A DNA stretch of 64,000 nt from the NCBI GenBank assembly GCA_043228905.1, contig JBHGNT010000016.1, positions 14,074,001 through 14,138,000 of the forward strand, in the 5' to 3' direction. Source of the stretch: Azolla caroliniana (taxonomy: Eukaryota; Plantae; Polypodiophyta). The translations under genes were made by a program, and so were the position numbers. The notes beneath the pieces are model-generated. The model saw only the letters and a list, made by a program, of their open reading frames with translations. It had not been told where the DNA came from and ran no database searches. Below are positions 1-11,900 of this stretch, piece by piece (position 1 is the stretch's first letter; the number at the start of each line of letters is the position of its first letter).

Positions 1-433
1 TAGATAGATTATATTATCGTCTTCGGAGATCAAATATGACCTATGAGACCAAAAATATTACATTTCACGTGATACGTGTGAAAGTGAGTAGTGACTCTCG
101 ATGTTCAAGAACTTTACCAATGAATGTTGCAATCGAGAGTGCACATTGTGGTTGTGAGAGGAATTCATGCAAAGATTGGGCTCGATCGAAGAGATGTGGA
201 AAGCATGGTCGAATATGATCAAAGGCAGAGCATTGTATCAAAGTGTGATACTCAGACTCGCGAACTTGTTTAGGGCAAAGTGTGCATAACCGACCACTCT
301 CATCACTTGTACCCCAACGCCCTGTTTCACATCGCAATGCATGTGAGCTAAGTCGCATGGAAGCAATGGTTCGAATGGCAGATAACGGTATGGGCTCTAA
401 CATGTATGGATCTTCATGATTGACCGACAACAC
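1..433 (-). mobile_element. 3' fragment of a 5'-truncated non-LTR retrotransposon (RTE/RTEX-like LINE ORF2 C-terminus)
   Basis: ORF 65..433 contains RLSSHALRCETGRW...RLCTLC...ESEYHTLIQCSAFDHIR, the Cys/His motif typical of LINE ORF2 C-termini; TAGA repeat at 1-9 may be the start of the tail. Confidence 0.7.
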
Positions 434-668
434 GAGATCTTATATAGTTAAGACCTCCTTACAACATTACCTAGGATTTTAACACAAGTGATGTTTATTC
501 ATATTTGAAATCTACTTCCATTGAATGTGACTTTTAATTTTAAGACAAGTGATCAACTTTTTAAACCCAAATATTGGATTTATTTTTACATTTTAAAGTG
601 TTTCCTCCACATGAAATTAGTACTAAAGTTTTGGCCAAAAGTTGGTACACCGTAGTGTGCTTTCACCC
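434..668 (+). mobile_element. Detached terminal arm of the Sola2-like DNA transposon, ending in a 27-bp TIR (642-668)
   Basis: ttggtacaccgtagtgtgctttcaccc matches 45429-45455 at 21/27; followed by putative TSD GCCA (669-672) and Gypsy RT codons. Confidence 0.65.
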
Positions 669-1191
669 GCCACGCGTAAAAGAGGTGTAAAAGAATAGCG
701 TGCGGAAGCAATGGAAAATCAAACTCAAAAAACGTAGGTTTTTAATGGAGAGCTTAGAATATACCCAGTACGCGGGAGAGATAGAGAGAGAGCACACAGA
801 AACTCAATTCAAAATAATACTCAATATGTACATCGTATGTGCTCAGTAAACACTTTTATACAATTCCATATGAACTGACAGAGATACGGTGTACTTCAAT
901 GCTCACACGAGCGTCTAACACATTCTACAAGATATTAACTCTCTAGTAGTCTAGCTGCTACTTGGCTTCCGGTTACTACTTGATCCAGCTAACCGGCTCC
1001 CTAGCTCAACGGCTCATCCTTCCGGATGCTGATCTGGCTCAGGCTTATTCAGCCGATCTGGATCCGGTTGAGCTTGCCACTCAACACTCCCCTTCAAGCT
1101 CAACTTGAGGTCAGATCGTAGTGTCAGTCTCCATGGCGGCCGGTCCTTCCACCTAGCTCATTCTGGCGTCACTCCGCCTCAATCACGCTCC

Positions 1192-3150
1192 TCATTGGGT
1201 CCGGTCCCGTTTGCTGCGACCCTTCTGATTTTGCGCACCTCGACTTCCTCGGTCGGCCTGTTTGCTCAACAGGCCCAATTCATATCCCTCGCTGCTGTCA
1301 CATTGGCGCTTGTCGATTCGCCGATTCCTTCGTGTTGGCGTCGACTTTCGCTGCCTTCTCGTCCTCTTGGCCTTGAATTGATCCGGTTCTTCCGAATCGG
1401 CTGTCTCTGATTTGTTCCAGCTCTTGTCCGAATCGGTCGCTCCCGATTCGTCTTCCGGTTCCAGGCCCTTCACCACATCGGACCATGTCTGGGTGTTGGC
1501 CTTCTTCCGGTCAGCTCTGTCCTTCTTGACTCTACCGCCGCTGTAGCTTGTTCCGACTTGTTTGGATGTATCAACTTCCTTTGTCGACTCGACTCCTTTC
1601 TTCTTCTTCTTGTCTCTCCCATTGTCGGTTCTTCCCTCACCGGCGCACTCGATAGTTTCTTTGCCCCTACCCGTTCCGGTGTCTTTGAACGTTCTCCCCC
1701 TCAAGTGTGGCACATTGAGATGCTGAACACCAAGCATTTCAGTGAAGTGATGCAACTTGTCCGACCCGAGCGGTTTGGTGAAGATGTCGGCAACTTGCTG
1801 ATCCGTATGAACATACCGAAGTTCAACTTCACCGCTCAGGACACGCTCACGCACGAAGTGGTAGTGCACTTCTATGTGCTTTGTGCGAGCATGGAATACG
1901 GGGTTCTTGGTGAGCTGCATGCTGGTTATGTTGTTCTAGTAGATCAGGATCGGGGTCGACACCTCGATCCATAAGTCTTGCAGCAGTCGCCGAAGCCAAA
2001 TGGCTTCACAGGTGGCAACGGTACCGCCTCGATATTCAGCTTCAGTGCTCGAAAGAGCCATTATTGGCGGCTTTTTGCTGCTACACGCAACAGTCGCGCT
2101 ACCAAGGGAAAACATATAGCCGGAGGTGGATCGGTGTAGCCGACTAGCTCTTTGGTTATACCATGCCAGTATAATAGTCCCCATTCCTTCGTGCCACTCG
2201 CATATCACAAAATTGATGCGTGCACAGAACGTGCTCCACGGTTGGCTGCTGCATATATTGGCTGATCGCGCCGACTGGATAACTGATGTCAGGTTGGGTG
2301 ATTGTCAAATATATAAGGCTTCTGACTATTTGTCATCGTAGGCCAGTCCAGAGTCGGGACGGAGCTTCTAGTTCTGGTCCAAGGGTGTAGAAATAGGTCG
2401 GCATTCCATCATGCCGAACTTGTACAACATATTCAACACATAGTGTCTCTGTGAGAGTAATATGCCGTCAGGGGTTTGGATCACCTCGATCCCAAGAAAA
2501 CAGTGAAAGTCCCCCAGATCCTTCATCTCAAATGCGTCCGGCAGCTGGGACTTGACTTGGCTGATTTCATCGAGTCCTGGTCCGGTGATGACTAGATCAT
2601 CAACATACAATAAGATGCAAACCGGACCGTCCGGACCTTGCTGGATGAACAACGAAGAGTCAGACTTGGAAGCCGCAAACCCCATCATACGCAACCGGTG
2701 CGTGATCTTCGCATTCCAAGCTCGGGGGGCTTGCTTCATGCCATAAAGTGACTTCTTCATCCGGTATACCGCCGACTTGTTCATCTCTGTTTGGAAACTG
2801 GGAGGTTGGGTCATAAAGACCTCTTCTTCAAGATCGCCTTGAAGAAATGTATTCTTCATGTCCATCTGGTGAAGATACCACTCCCTTGCCACAGCAACCG
2901 CCAGCACCACATGAACCGTCGTCATCTTCGCTACTAGAGCGAAGGTCTCATCGTAGTCGATTCCGTGGGTCTGCGCGTATCCCTTTGCCACTAACCAGGC
3001 CTTGTACCGGTTAACCAAACAGTCGGCATTGTACATAAACTTGTACACCTACTTACATCCGATCCATTTACATTGTCGGGGAGGGTCAACTAGGTCCCAT
3101 GTTCGTTGGTATCAAGTGCCTGCATTTCCTCCTCCATAGCGGCACGCCAA
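1192..3150 (-). pseudogene. pol: Copia RT-RNase H with frameshifts/stops plus a charged C-terminal extension
   Basis: WRAAMEEEM, RYKAWLVAKGY, LYVDDL, ALSSTEAEY, NPVFHARTKHIEVHYHF motifs in ORFs 2368..3048, 1936..2208, 1192..1920. Confidence 0.92.
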
Positions 3151-4003
3151 TCAAGCAAAACCGGAAACCGACCGGTAAGCAAAACCGTAAACCAGCCAGT
3201 AAGCAAACCTAAAACCAGCCGGTAATCAAAACCGAAACCGACTGGTAAGCAAAACTGGAAACTGGCCGGTAAGCAAACCGGAACCGACGGCGGAGCCGGT
3301 GAGGCGGTGGCAATCGGCGACCGGACGGAACTGGCGATCGGACGAGGCTGGACGCAAACCAAACGGATAACAAGATCATGTGGTTAATTAAAGTAAAGTA
3401 AAGGGAACTAAAGTAAAGTAAAGGAAAGTCATGCAACTAAAAATGGATGCAACTAAAAGTAGAGGCCATGCAACTAGAAGTGGACATGCAAAGTAACATG
3501 GAAGGCTATGATCAACAGAGAACTCCATATATATTCCATTTTTTTTTTTCCTACAGGGATCCTCTCTCCATTATTTTTCTTTTCCTTCTTAGCTCCCCTA
3601 TCTTATGGAAGCCATAACTCTCATAAACCCAAATTTCCCTACGAAAGTCATAACACTCAAAAACCCTAATTTTCCCTACGGAAGCCAAAAACCCTAATTT
3701 TCCATACGGAAGCTATTGAACTCATAAACCATAATCTCTTATGAAAGCCAAAAACCCTAAATTTCTATTGAATCCATATTTAGTTTCTTCTAATCTATTA
3801 TTCTAGTAATCTCCATAAGCTAAACTTTTGTAATCCTAATCTTGGGAATGATTGTAATCTTTCTTTCTATTTGTTAATGAAATTTGTCAATCTTTCTTAT
3901 TTCCATTAATTGTTTAATATAAAAATACGAATCTAATATCCTCTAGTCGGAGGCCCCGGGGTCCTCCCTCAAGTTCATGTGTCCTCGTCATATTTTTGCG
4001 ACA
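3151..4003. repeat. Foreign filler inside Copia 1, probably a 5'-truncated LTR, with ~24-bp and ~30-bp internal tandem repeats
   Basis: aagcaaaaccggaaaccgaccggt-like units ~3153-3285; aaaccctaatttccctacggaagcc-like units ~3600-3770; ends ...ttttgcgACA at 4003. Confidence 0.5.
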
Positions 4004-4729
4004 ACGGTGTACTTCAATACTCACACGAGCATCTGACACTTACTATGAGATATTAACTCTCTAGTAGTCTACCTGCTACTTGGCTTCCGGTTACTGCTTG
4101 ATCCAGCTAACCGGCTCCCCAGCTCACCAGCTCAATTGCTCATCGGCTCACCGATCCGGCTCATCCTTCTAGATGTCAATCCGGCTCAGGCTTATTAAGC
4201 TGATCCGGATCCGGTTGAGCTTGTTGCTCAACAAGAGGAAATCGATAAACTCCTAAAAATTGGGTTCGTTAGGCTGGTCAAGCAAGCGACATGGTTGAGT
4301 CCGATTGTAGTCATACTGAACAAGAACGGGAAAATCCGCGTTTGCGTCGACTAACAAAAACTGAATGCGGGCACGATCATAGACGCCGTTCCCCTTCCGT
4401 TCACAGATAGCATACTTGATGTCGTCACAGGCCACGAGATGTATAGTTTTTTGGATGGCATCACTGTAGTAATCATGTTCGGCCTTAACATGACACCTAC
4501 AACTTTTCAACGCATCATCACTGAGATTTTGGGTGAGTACATTCCAGCATTCATGCAAGTCTTCCTTGATGATTTTGCAATATATGGTGCGCAAGCGGAT
4601 CATTTAGGGGATTTATAATTATGCTTAGAACGATGCCGCTTAGCACATCTCAACCTCAATCTACCCAAATGTGCATTCGGCGTCACAAGCAGGGCCCTCC
4701 TCGGACATAAAGTCAGCAAGGAAGGTATT

Positions 4730-7700
4730 TGTTGAGATACAAGCTCAACATTGGCCAGATCGGCTGTGCAAGCTGAGCATGGGATGGGATCGGTTGGGAC
4801 CGATCGGTTAGGCCGGACTAGTGCATAAACCGGGTGCGTAAACTATTATGCAAACCTGTACGCAACGAGAGGCCGTAGAGGTGCGTAAACCGCGAGGCCG
4901 TTGGAAAGATATTCCGCGTAGAAATATATTTCAGGAGTTAGTGTAGAGCTCAGTTAGGAGCATTGAAGTACATCTCAGTACTTCTGTCAGTTCATATGGA
5001 CTTGTTTAAAAGGTGCTCACTGAGCATGAAGAATGTACAGGGAGTCATTATTTTGAAATTGAACTGAATTCTCTGCTCTCTCTTTGTCTTTCCATCTCTG
5101 TGTTTTCTGCATTTACCGAACCGTCTTATTTCCGAACTGTGTATTCTGTGTTTACGCACACGCTTCTGCACACATATTCTTTCATAGTATCAGAGTGCGA
5201 GGGTTGAAGTCCTCAGCAGCCGACAAGAAAAGCTTGCGACAAAATAGAGTTGAAGTTGTTCCTCGTTTTGTTTTTCAAAAAAGAAAAAGACAACAATATG
5301 GACAACGGTATGGGAAGCTCGCTACCGACTGAAAAGCTTGACAGCAGCAACTACGCATCTTGGTCGTACAAGATGCACCAGTACCTACTCGGTCACGGCT
5401 ACTGGAGTTATGTCGAAGGAGCTAATGATGTAGCACCCGATTCGACACACAGAGATTTTCCGGCTTGGGAACAAGCGGGAAGCAGAGTTCTTTACTGCTT
5501 TGCATCCTGTGTGAGCAACCAACAATTGAGCTATATTTGGGATGCTAAGACGCCAAAGGACATGCGGGCGAATCTCAAAAATATTTTCGTCGCAAGCACA
5601 ACGGCCAGGAAGTGGCAGCTCAGGCAAGAGCTCAACAATGTTCGGTAGAAAGATCTGTCTATGGCTTATTACACATCCCGAATCCAGGAAATCTGCGATT
5701 CTCTCGCCTTTGTCAACGTGAACATTGAGGAAGATGAAATGGTGCAGGTTTGCCTTGGTGGGCTAGCGTCCAGGTTCGGAGCCTTCCGAATGGCGGTCTG
5801 TACGAGGGAGAATACGCCTTCGTTCTTCGACGTTCAGTCAATGTTGCTCGTGGAGGAAAATCATGTGGGTGCGTCGACAAGTACGCATGCTGACGGCAAG
5901 ATACTGTACACAGACGAAGATAGGCCTCATGGCCGTGGTGGACGAAGCGGATCGACGCGCAATGGAGGCGGCCGAAAAGAGCAGAACAAGCGGCATAATC
6001 GAGATGCCGACAATAGTTCCAGACCCTCCACAAGCATGGGGAGTCATGGCGGCGCCCGAAGCCGGCAAGAGAAGGCCGCGTTGGAAGGCTGGTACTGTGG
6101 CAAGACAGGCCACAAGGAGAGCGAGTGCTGGAAAAGCGAGCCGAATCGGACAAAGCTGGGTCGAGGCGTCAGAGATTGCACTACGCAGAAGGCTCTGAAC
6201 GAGCCGAAAACAAATCAGGCCCATCTGTCGTAATGAAGCAGAAGGCCAATTCTATAGCTATGAACACCTTGAAATCGAGCGAGGTGTGGTATGTTGATTC
6301 CGGAGCGTCAAATCATATGACGAGTCACGAGGAATGGTTCTCGTACTTGGAGAAACAGGAATCGCAAGGACTGGTCGAAACCGACGACGACACTCCGCAT
6401 ACCATTGAACATTCCCCTCAACCACATCAGGCAGAAAGGGAAACTCATGAACGTGCTGTCGGTTGGTCAGATCGTCGATCAGGGAATGTAGGTTCGATTC
6501 GCTTCATAGAAGAGGAAGGCAAAGTAATCGTGCAAGGGCGCCGAGAAGGGAGGATGTTCATCCTCGACACTAATCAAGTCGGAACCGCGTTGTACGAGAA
6601 AGGACAAAAGGTCGAATTAGATATCGCCCTGTGGCACAAGTGGTTCGGTCATATAAATTTCCCACGGCTTCGTGAGATGCAAATGAAGAACATTGTTTTC
6701 TGGTTGCCAAAATTCAGAGGCCGTAATGGCCAACTTTGCGAAGGCTGTCAGATCGGAAAACAATACCGACTTCCATTCCCCAATGAGCGTAATCGTAGTT
6801 GAAGTTTGCTGGCTTTGATCCACTCGGATGTGTGGGGACCGGCATAGAACATGAGTCTCGATGGAAGCCGTTACTTTGTAACCTTCATCGACGACTTCAC
6901 TCGGCACACGTGGGTATGCACAATCGCGAAGAAGAGGGAAGTCTGCGCATGTTTCATGAAGGTGAAGAGCCTTGTGGAAAGGGAAACAGGGTGTAAGATA
7001 AAATGCCTACAGTCTGATCAGTTCACAAGTTATCTATAGAAGGAGGGAATTCGACGTGAATTCTCGTGTAGATACACGTCGCAGCAGAACGGCGTGGCCG
7101 AGTGGAAGAATCGGACAATCAAAGAAGCAGCCAGGGCAATGCTTGAAGAGAATCATATGCCAAAATTCTATTGGGCTGAAGTCGTGAAGACAGTTGTCTA
7201 CCTGCAGAATTGGACTTCTGTTAATGGAGGAGTGTCGCCACATGAGTTGTACTTCGGGAAGAAACCGAACTTGGCACACTTGAGGATTTTTGGTAGCATT
7301 GCATATGTGCATGTGCCGAAGGAAAAGAGGAGGAAGCTGGATGCCAAAGCCGAAAAGTGCATCTTAGTCGGCTATCCAGACGAGCAAAAAGGGTATAAAT
7401 GTTATAACCCCCGAAGAAAGGAAGTACGCATAAGTTGAGATGTCGTGTTCAACGAATCCACTTCGTGGTACCTGCCTTCACCTCCAATACCTCACGACTC
7501 CATTTCGAATTCTGAGGAAGAAGTCAGCGAGGCTGAGATGCCTCTGCATGATGAGGAAATCGAAGCTCTGAGAGAGAGTCTGATCTCATTTCAGCTAAGT
7601 GGGCCGAATGAAGGGTTGAACTGAAATGACCAACCTATTGAAGAGATGACGAGTAGTGGAGACTCGGCTGTGATGTCCCCACGTAAAGAATCAAGGAGAC

Positions 7701-8107
7701 GGTTTACGCGTAATGAGAAGGGCAAGAAGAAAATGCCAAAATACAACTTCGGCAGTACCGAGTCAGATCAGAGCGAGTTTGACTATGGGCAAACTGATAA
7801 GGAACCTCCACGGAAGAGGTCGACTGTAGCCGAAAAGGTCGTGAAATCGGGTAATCACGAATTACGCTGATCTACCCGCCAGAAGAACCTTGTAAAAAGA
7901 TACGGGTACAATGAGTACATGGTCCATCATTACGCATACATGACGTGAGTGGCGGAAGTGCGTGAGCCGGAGAGCTACGTAGAAGCGGCGAAGGACGCAA
8001 ATTCGCGTGCCGCGATGGAGGAAGAGATGTGCGCTTTAACAGTCAATGAGACTTGGGCCCTGGTTGACACATCGAAGGATGTTATGCCAATGGGATGCAG
8101 GTGGGTC
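4730..8107 (+). mobile_element. Copia 2, 5' half (LTR, gag, PR, INT, start of RT), truncated at ~8107
   Basis: 5' LTR 4730-5184 (TG..CA), PBS tagtatcagag (Met-i type, 1 mismatch) at 5185; LPTEKLDSSNYASW, zinc knuckle, WYVDSGAS, FIDDFTR, ends at GCRWV. Confidence 0.92.
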
Positions 8108-8969
8108 CTTCCTTCCCCCTTCTACTCATTTATTCACTACATTCGTACCCCCCTCCCTCCCTCCCTCTCTCTCTTCCAACATCTGCACAAGTTTCTACAC
8201 GTTCTTTGCTCACCCTGCAAACCCTAAACCCATTCCCTACTTATAGTGTCCTCTTTGCAACAACAGTACGCTCAGGTGTTGTACTGTGTCCTTGCTGCAT
8301 CGACATCAGGTCTTTAACTATGCCTTGTCTCTCAGGTATTCTCTCTCTCAACCACTGTACTATGTCCTCGTTACATCGAGCTGTCCTCAACTAGCAACGT
8401 TCTCTCTCTCAAGCGTTCTCTGAAGTGTGGTATGCACACCGTGTCCTCTTCGCGTTGGTCTCTGCTCTGTTGGCCGTGTTCCCTCTACCTCCAAGTGTTT
8501 CCTCTACCTGGTGTGTTCCCTCTACCTGGTTCCCTCTACCCGGTGTGTTTCAAACGCGTCCCCTCTTCAAAGACTTCAACAACGACATTTGGTACTTGTT
8601 TTACTATATGTTTGTATGTTTGATTTTATCTGTTTTTGTCATTTTCTATCTATTTTTTTACATCTGCAACCATAATGATGTTTGGGACATGTTTATATGT
8701 ATGTTTGATTCTATCTGTTATTATCGTTTAGGGTTTTGTTGTTGTTGTTGTTGTTGTTGTTCTCCCTTGATCATTTAAGAGCTTTGTACATGCATATGCT
8801 TGAATTTGAGAGTTGGTCAACATGTGTATATGTTAAGTATCGGGAGTTAACATTATGTTTCATATCCGACATCTCCTTGAATTGTATATTATTTAATATG
8901 GTTTACTATTGTTGTGCATGATTTACTGTTATTTACTATTGTTGTGCAGGTGACGCGAAGAAGAGAGAC

Positions 8970-11900
8970 ATGATTCACATGACAAGGAAGACACCCACAA
9001 AGAAGAATATGGTCACTGAAAATGTCATCACACCATGCAAGGAAAGAAAAAGGACCCCCATCAAAGAAAGTAAGAGGACCCCCACCAGAGGGAGGTTGAA
9101 GTTTTCAACAACTCAGGGCGAAAAGGTTCACACAAACATCCTTCGAGTTGGGATGGGGTTATTTCCTTCGTGCCTAACCTGAAACTTATGAAGACCTAGA
9201 CATGTGGATGATGAAAACTTGGGGCTCATCAAAACCCGAGACTCAGAGAGGTTTCCACCTCACTCAATTGAAGAAGGATTATATCACTGAACTAAAGTCA
9301 CAATATGAACAAGTTTATGATACGAAACATATCCTAAACAATGAGGTAGGATCTGTCTTTGCACGTGTATTTGAATGTGAACTCCATGGTGGCATTGAAG
9401 GTGATTTGGAAGATTTTGCTCATCATCAATCATCACATTATAGAGGGTCCTCAAGTACCAACACTACCATGAAGTCTGAGGGTACCACTCATATTGAAAT
9501 CCCAACTCAGACATCTATGTTGACTCAACAAATTGCAAAACAGAAAGCCACATTGACAGAAAAACATGAAGAGCGATTGTTGCACTGTATAGCTTCCATG
9601 CAAACAAAAATGCAAGCACAACTGGCCGATTTGGAAGAAGTTTCATCTGGTGAGATGACAGCAGAGAAACAATTCACATCTATGTCGAATACATACGAAT
9701 GGATTGCATCAACAATCCAAAATTCAAAAAGTGATGTGTTAAAAGAGGAGTTGAAGGAGCTCACAACTATGCATACAAATCTGGAAGCACAGAAGAAAGA
9801 TCTAGAGACATGGCGGTCTTCTCATAATGAAATTGATGAGGAATTATCAGCCTTAAAGCCGCATTCAGAGAATCTAACATGTTTGATGAAGGGTCTAAAA
9901 GGAAAAGGTTTAGATACTCTATGTCCAAACATAGTTGAGCACCCCGCTTGCATGGAAAGTACAATTAGAAACATTATTATATCACGGTAATGGTTTATAT
10001 TTCTCCTTTTTTACCTTCTATGGTATAAAATATCATTGGTGCTAATATAGTGTATGTTGTGTCTCGTTACTCAAGGTGTTTATTGTTGTTCGCCGGAATC
10101 GTAACTGACGGACAGATGTGCAAAAAATTATAATATAGTAAAGCGTTAAGAAGCGAATGTAACCGTTCACGGGGGAAGCGTGAACGGCTAAATGCCCTGT
10201 GTATATAAAGGGAAGAAATCCTCTGTAAGAGGTAGCGTGTAATTTAGAGTGTTGCTGTGTTTTTCTAATAGAATACTATCTTCTCTTATCTTTGTGCATA
10301 TCTATGGCTATCTGGGAGGCTGTCCATTGTTTCTCTGTTGCGTACCTTGTTTCTCTGTGGGTAATGTTTAATTGTAAGTGTGTGTAAGCGTAAGTGCGGA
10401 TACTAGTGCACTTCCTAAGGAGTTTGGTTGTAGTCATGTCCCTTATACGCTGCCAGGATACAGCGTGGTATCCCATTACGATTTACGACAGGACGGTTTC
10501 ATTCCTTGTAACACGGTCACCTTGAGGTTTACCTTGAAGGACTGAGCGTAGAGAGTGTTCCTAATCGGTAACAGGTTTGGCACGCCTAGTGGGACACGAA
10601 CCCACAATCCAAACAGCCGAAATGGTCATTGAGCGAGTGTTACAACTTGAGTTGGACGAGGAGGAGGAAGGATTTTCTATGTCCTCGTTATAACAGGCGT
10701 TGCCTCAGGACGAGGACCACCACTTACGTTGTCGTAGTGTATTCCACACACTACGTGAAAACCATAGAATAATATATCCGATTTTAGATACATCTAAATA
10801 AATAAATAATATATCACGTGCATAGGGCAGGATTCGAACCTTGCACCTCCACGTAGATAAACCTCAACTTTACCATTGTAATAACTTATCTTTAGTGTTA
10901 TACATATAGATTTAATACGTATAAGACCTTTATTTACACATACCTTTATTAAAAGGTAAAAATTATGTATTCTTTAGGGTGTGAATATTTTATTTACACG
11001 TGACATTAAAAGTGACTCATACACATCTAGCGTGCATGAGCCCTATATTTAGGAAATGACAAAGCATCACATGCACATTTAGTGTGCATGGACACTTTTG
11101 GTGAAAAAGCATGAAGCCATGCTTAGCCTCTTCCATCTTTATATAAGGAGGAGAGAAATATGTATAAGGTTGTTGATTAATATACAAGGATTGATCAATC
11201 TAATATATTCGAGGGATTCACGAATTTTGCCATCTAAATTACTCTTATAATCTAAATATTGTTTTAAATACACTAAACTCGTGGGATTCATGAGATTGCT
11301 ATCTTACTTCTCTTTCTACTATTCATAACTAGCCTTAAGTTGTATTCCTCTTCCTCCTAATCCAAAACCTCGGCGGTTCCCACCCGACTCACGCAACGAT
11401 CCGGAGCCGAAAGGCACGACACAGTTGGTGAACCCGACGTGAAGACCGGGTGGCAAGGAGATGGACAATCAACCGGAGGCTAGCAACATGATGATGATGT
11501 TCGAGCGCATGCTACAAGAACAACGCGCGATGTCGGAGATAGCGGCATCAGTGGAGCAGCTCGTGCAACGAAACGGGCAATTCAACGGGAAAGACGTGTC
11601 GCAGTATCTTCGGGACTACAAGGCGGAGATGCTACGGTGTGGAATATCGGAAGGACTGCAAGTGACGTCCTTCAACCGGGTGGCGACCGACGAGCTTCAA
11701 GCAAGCATCCATGGGCTACGACAACAAAATCTGACATGGGAGGCGTTTGAAGAAGAGCAAAAGAGGACGTTCGCCATCGAGGATTCCTCCAAGGCGACGC
11801 GAAGGGGATTCGAAGATTGGGTGGAGACGCCGGACAAGGGATTGAAGGTCGTTCATGTGTTTTCGGCATTCGAAAGCCGGTTCAGGAGGTTGTCCGCGAG

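Larger units (their letters stand above)
686..4233 (-). mobile_element. Copia 1 LTR retrotransposon, internally deleted (gag-PR-INT lost)
   Basis: 3' LTR 686-1086, partial 5' LTR ~4004-4233, TSD AGAGG at 681-685 and 4234-4238, PPT ~1087-1095. Confidence 0.9.
669..4729 (+). pseudogene. pol: Athila-like Gypsy G, reverse-transcriptase fragment (669-685 and 4239-4729) interrupted by Copia 1
   Basis: Removing Copia 1 and one TSD gives RVKEEIDKLLKIGFVRLVKQATWLSPIVV...NGKIRVCVD...VFLDDF; homologous to 57333..57674. Confidence 0.85.

Noticed and set aside
644-657. CACTA terminus (reverse complement CACTACGG)
   Set aside because: Similarity to 45429-45455 extends 11 bp further to ...ACCC, and the Gypsy junction fits only that end; the other copy reads TGCTA
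1087-3150. Copia 1 RT region as the missing half of Copia 2
   Set aside because: They overlap in RT sequence, have different LTRs, and Copia 1 has its own TSD
3620-3770. Interstitial telomere
   Set aside because: AAACCCTAA units are isolated within ~30-bp repeats, not a (CCCTAAA)n tract
8425-8921. Small Cys/Leu-rich membrane proteins
   Set aside because: ORFs arise from low-complexity intron/UTR DNA and a (TTG)n microsatellite at ~8737-8761
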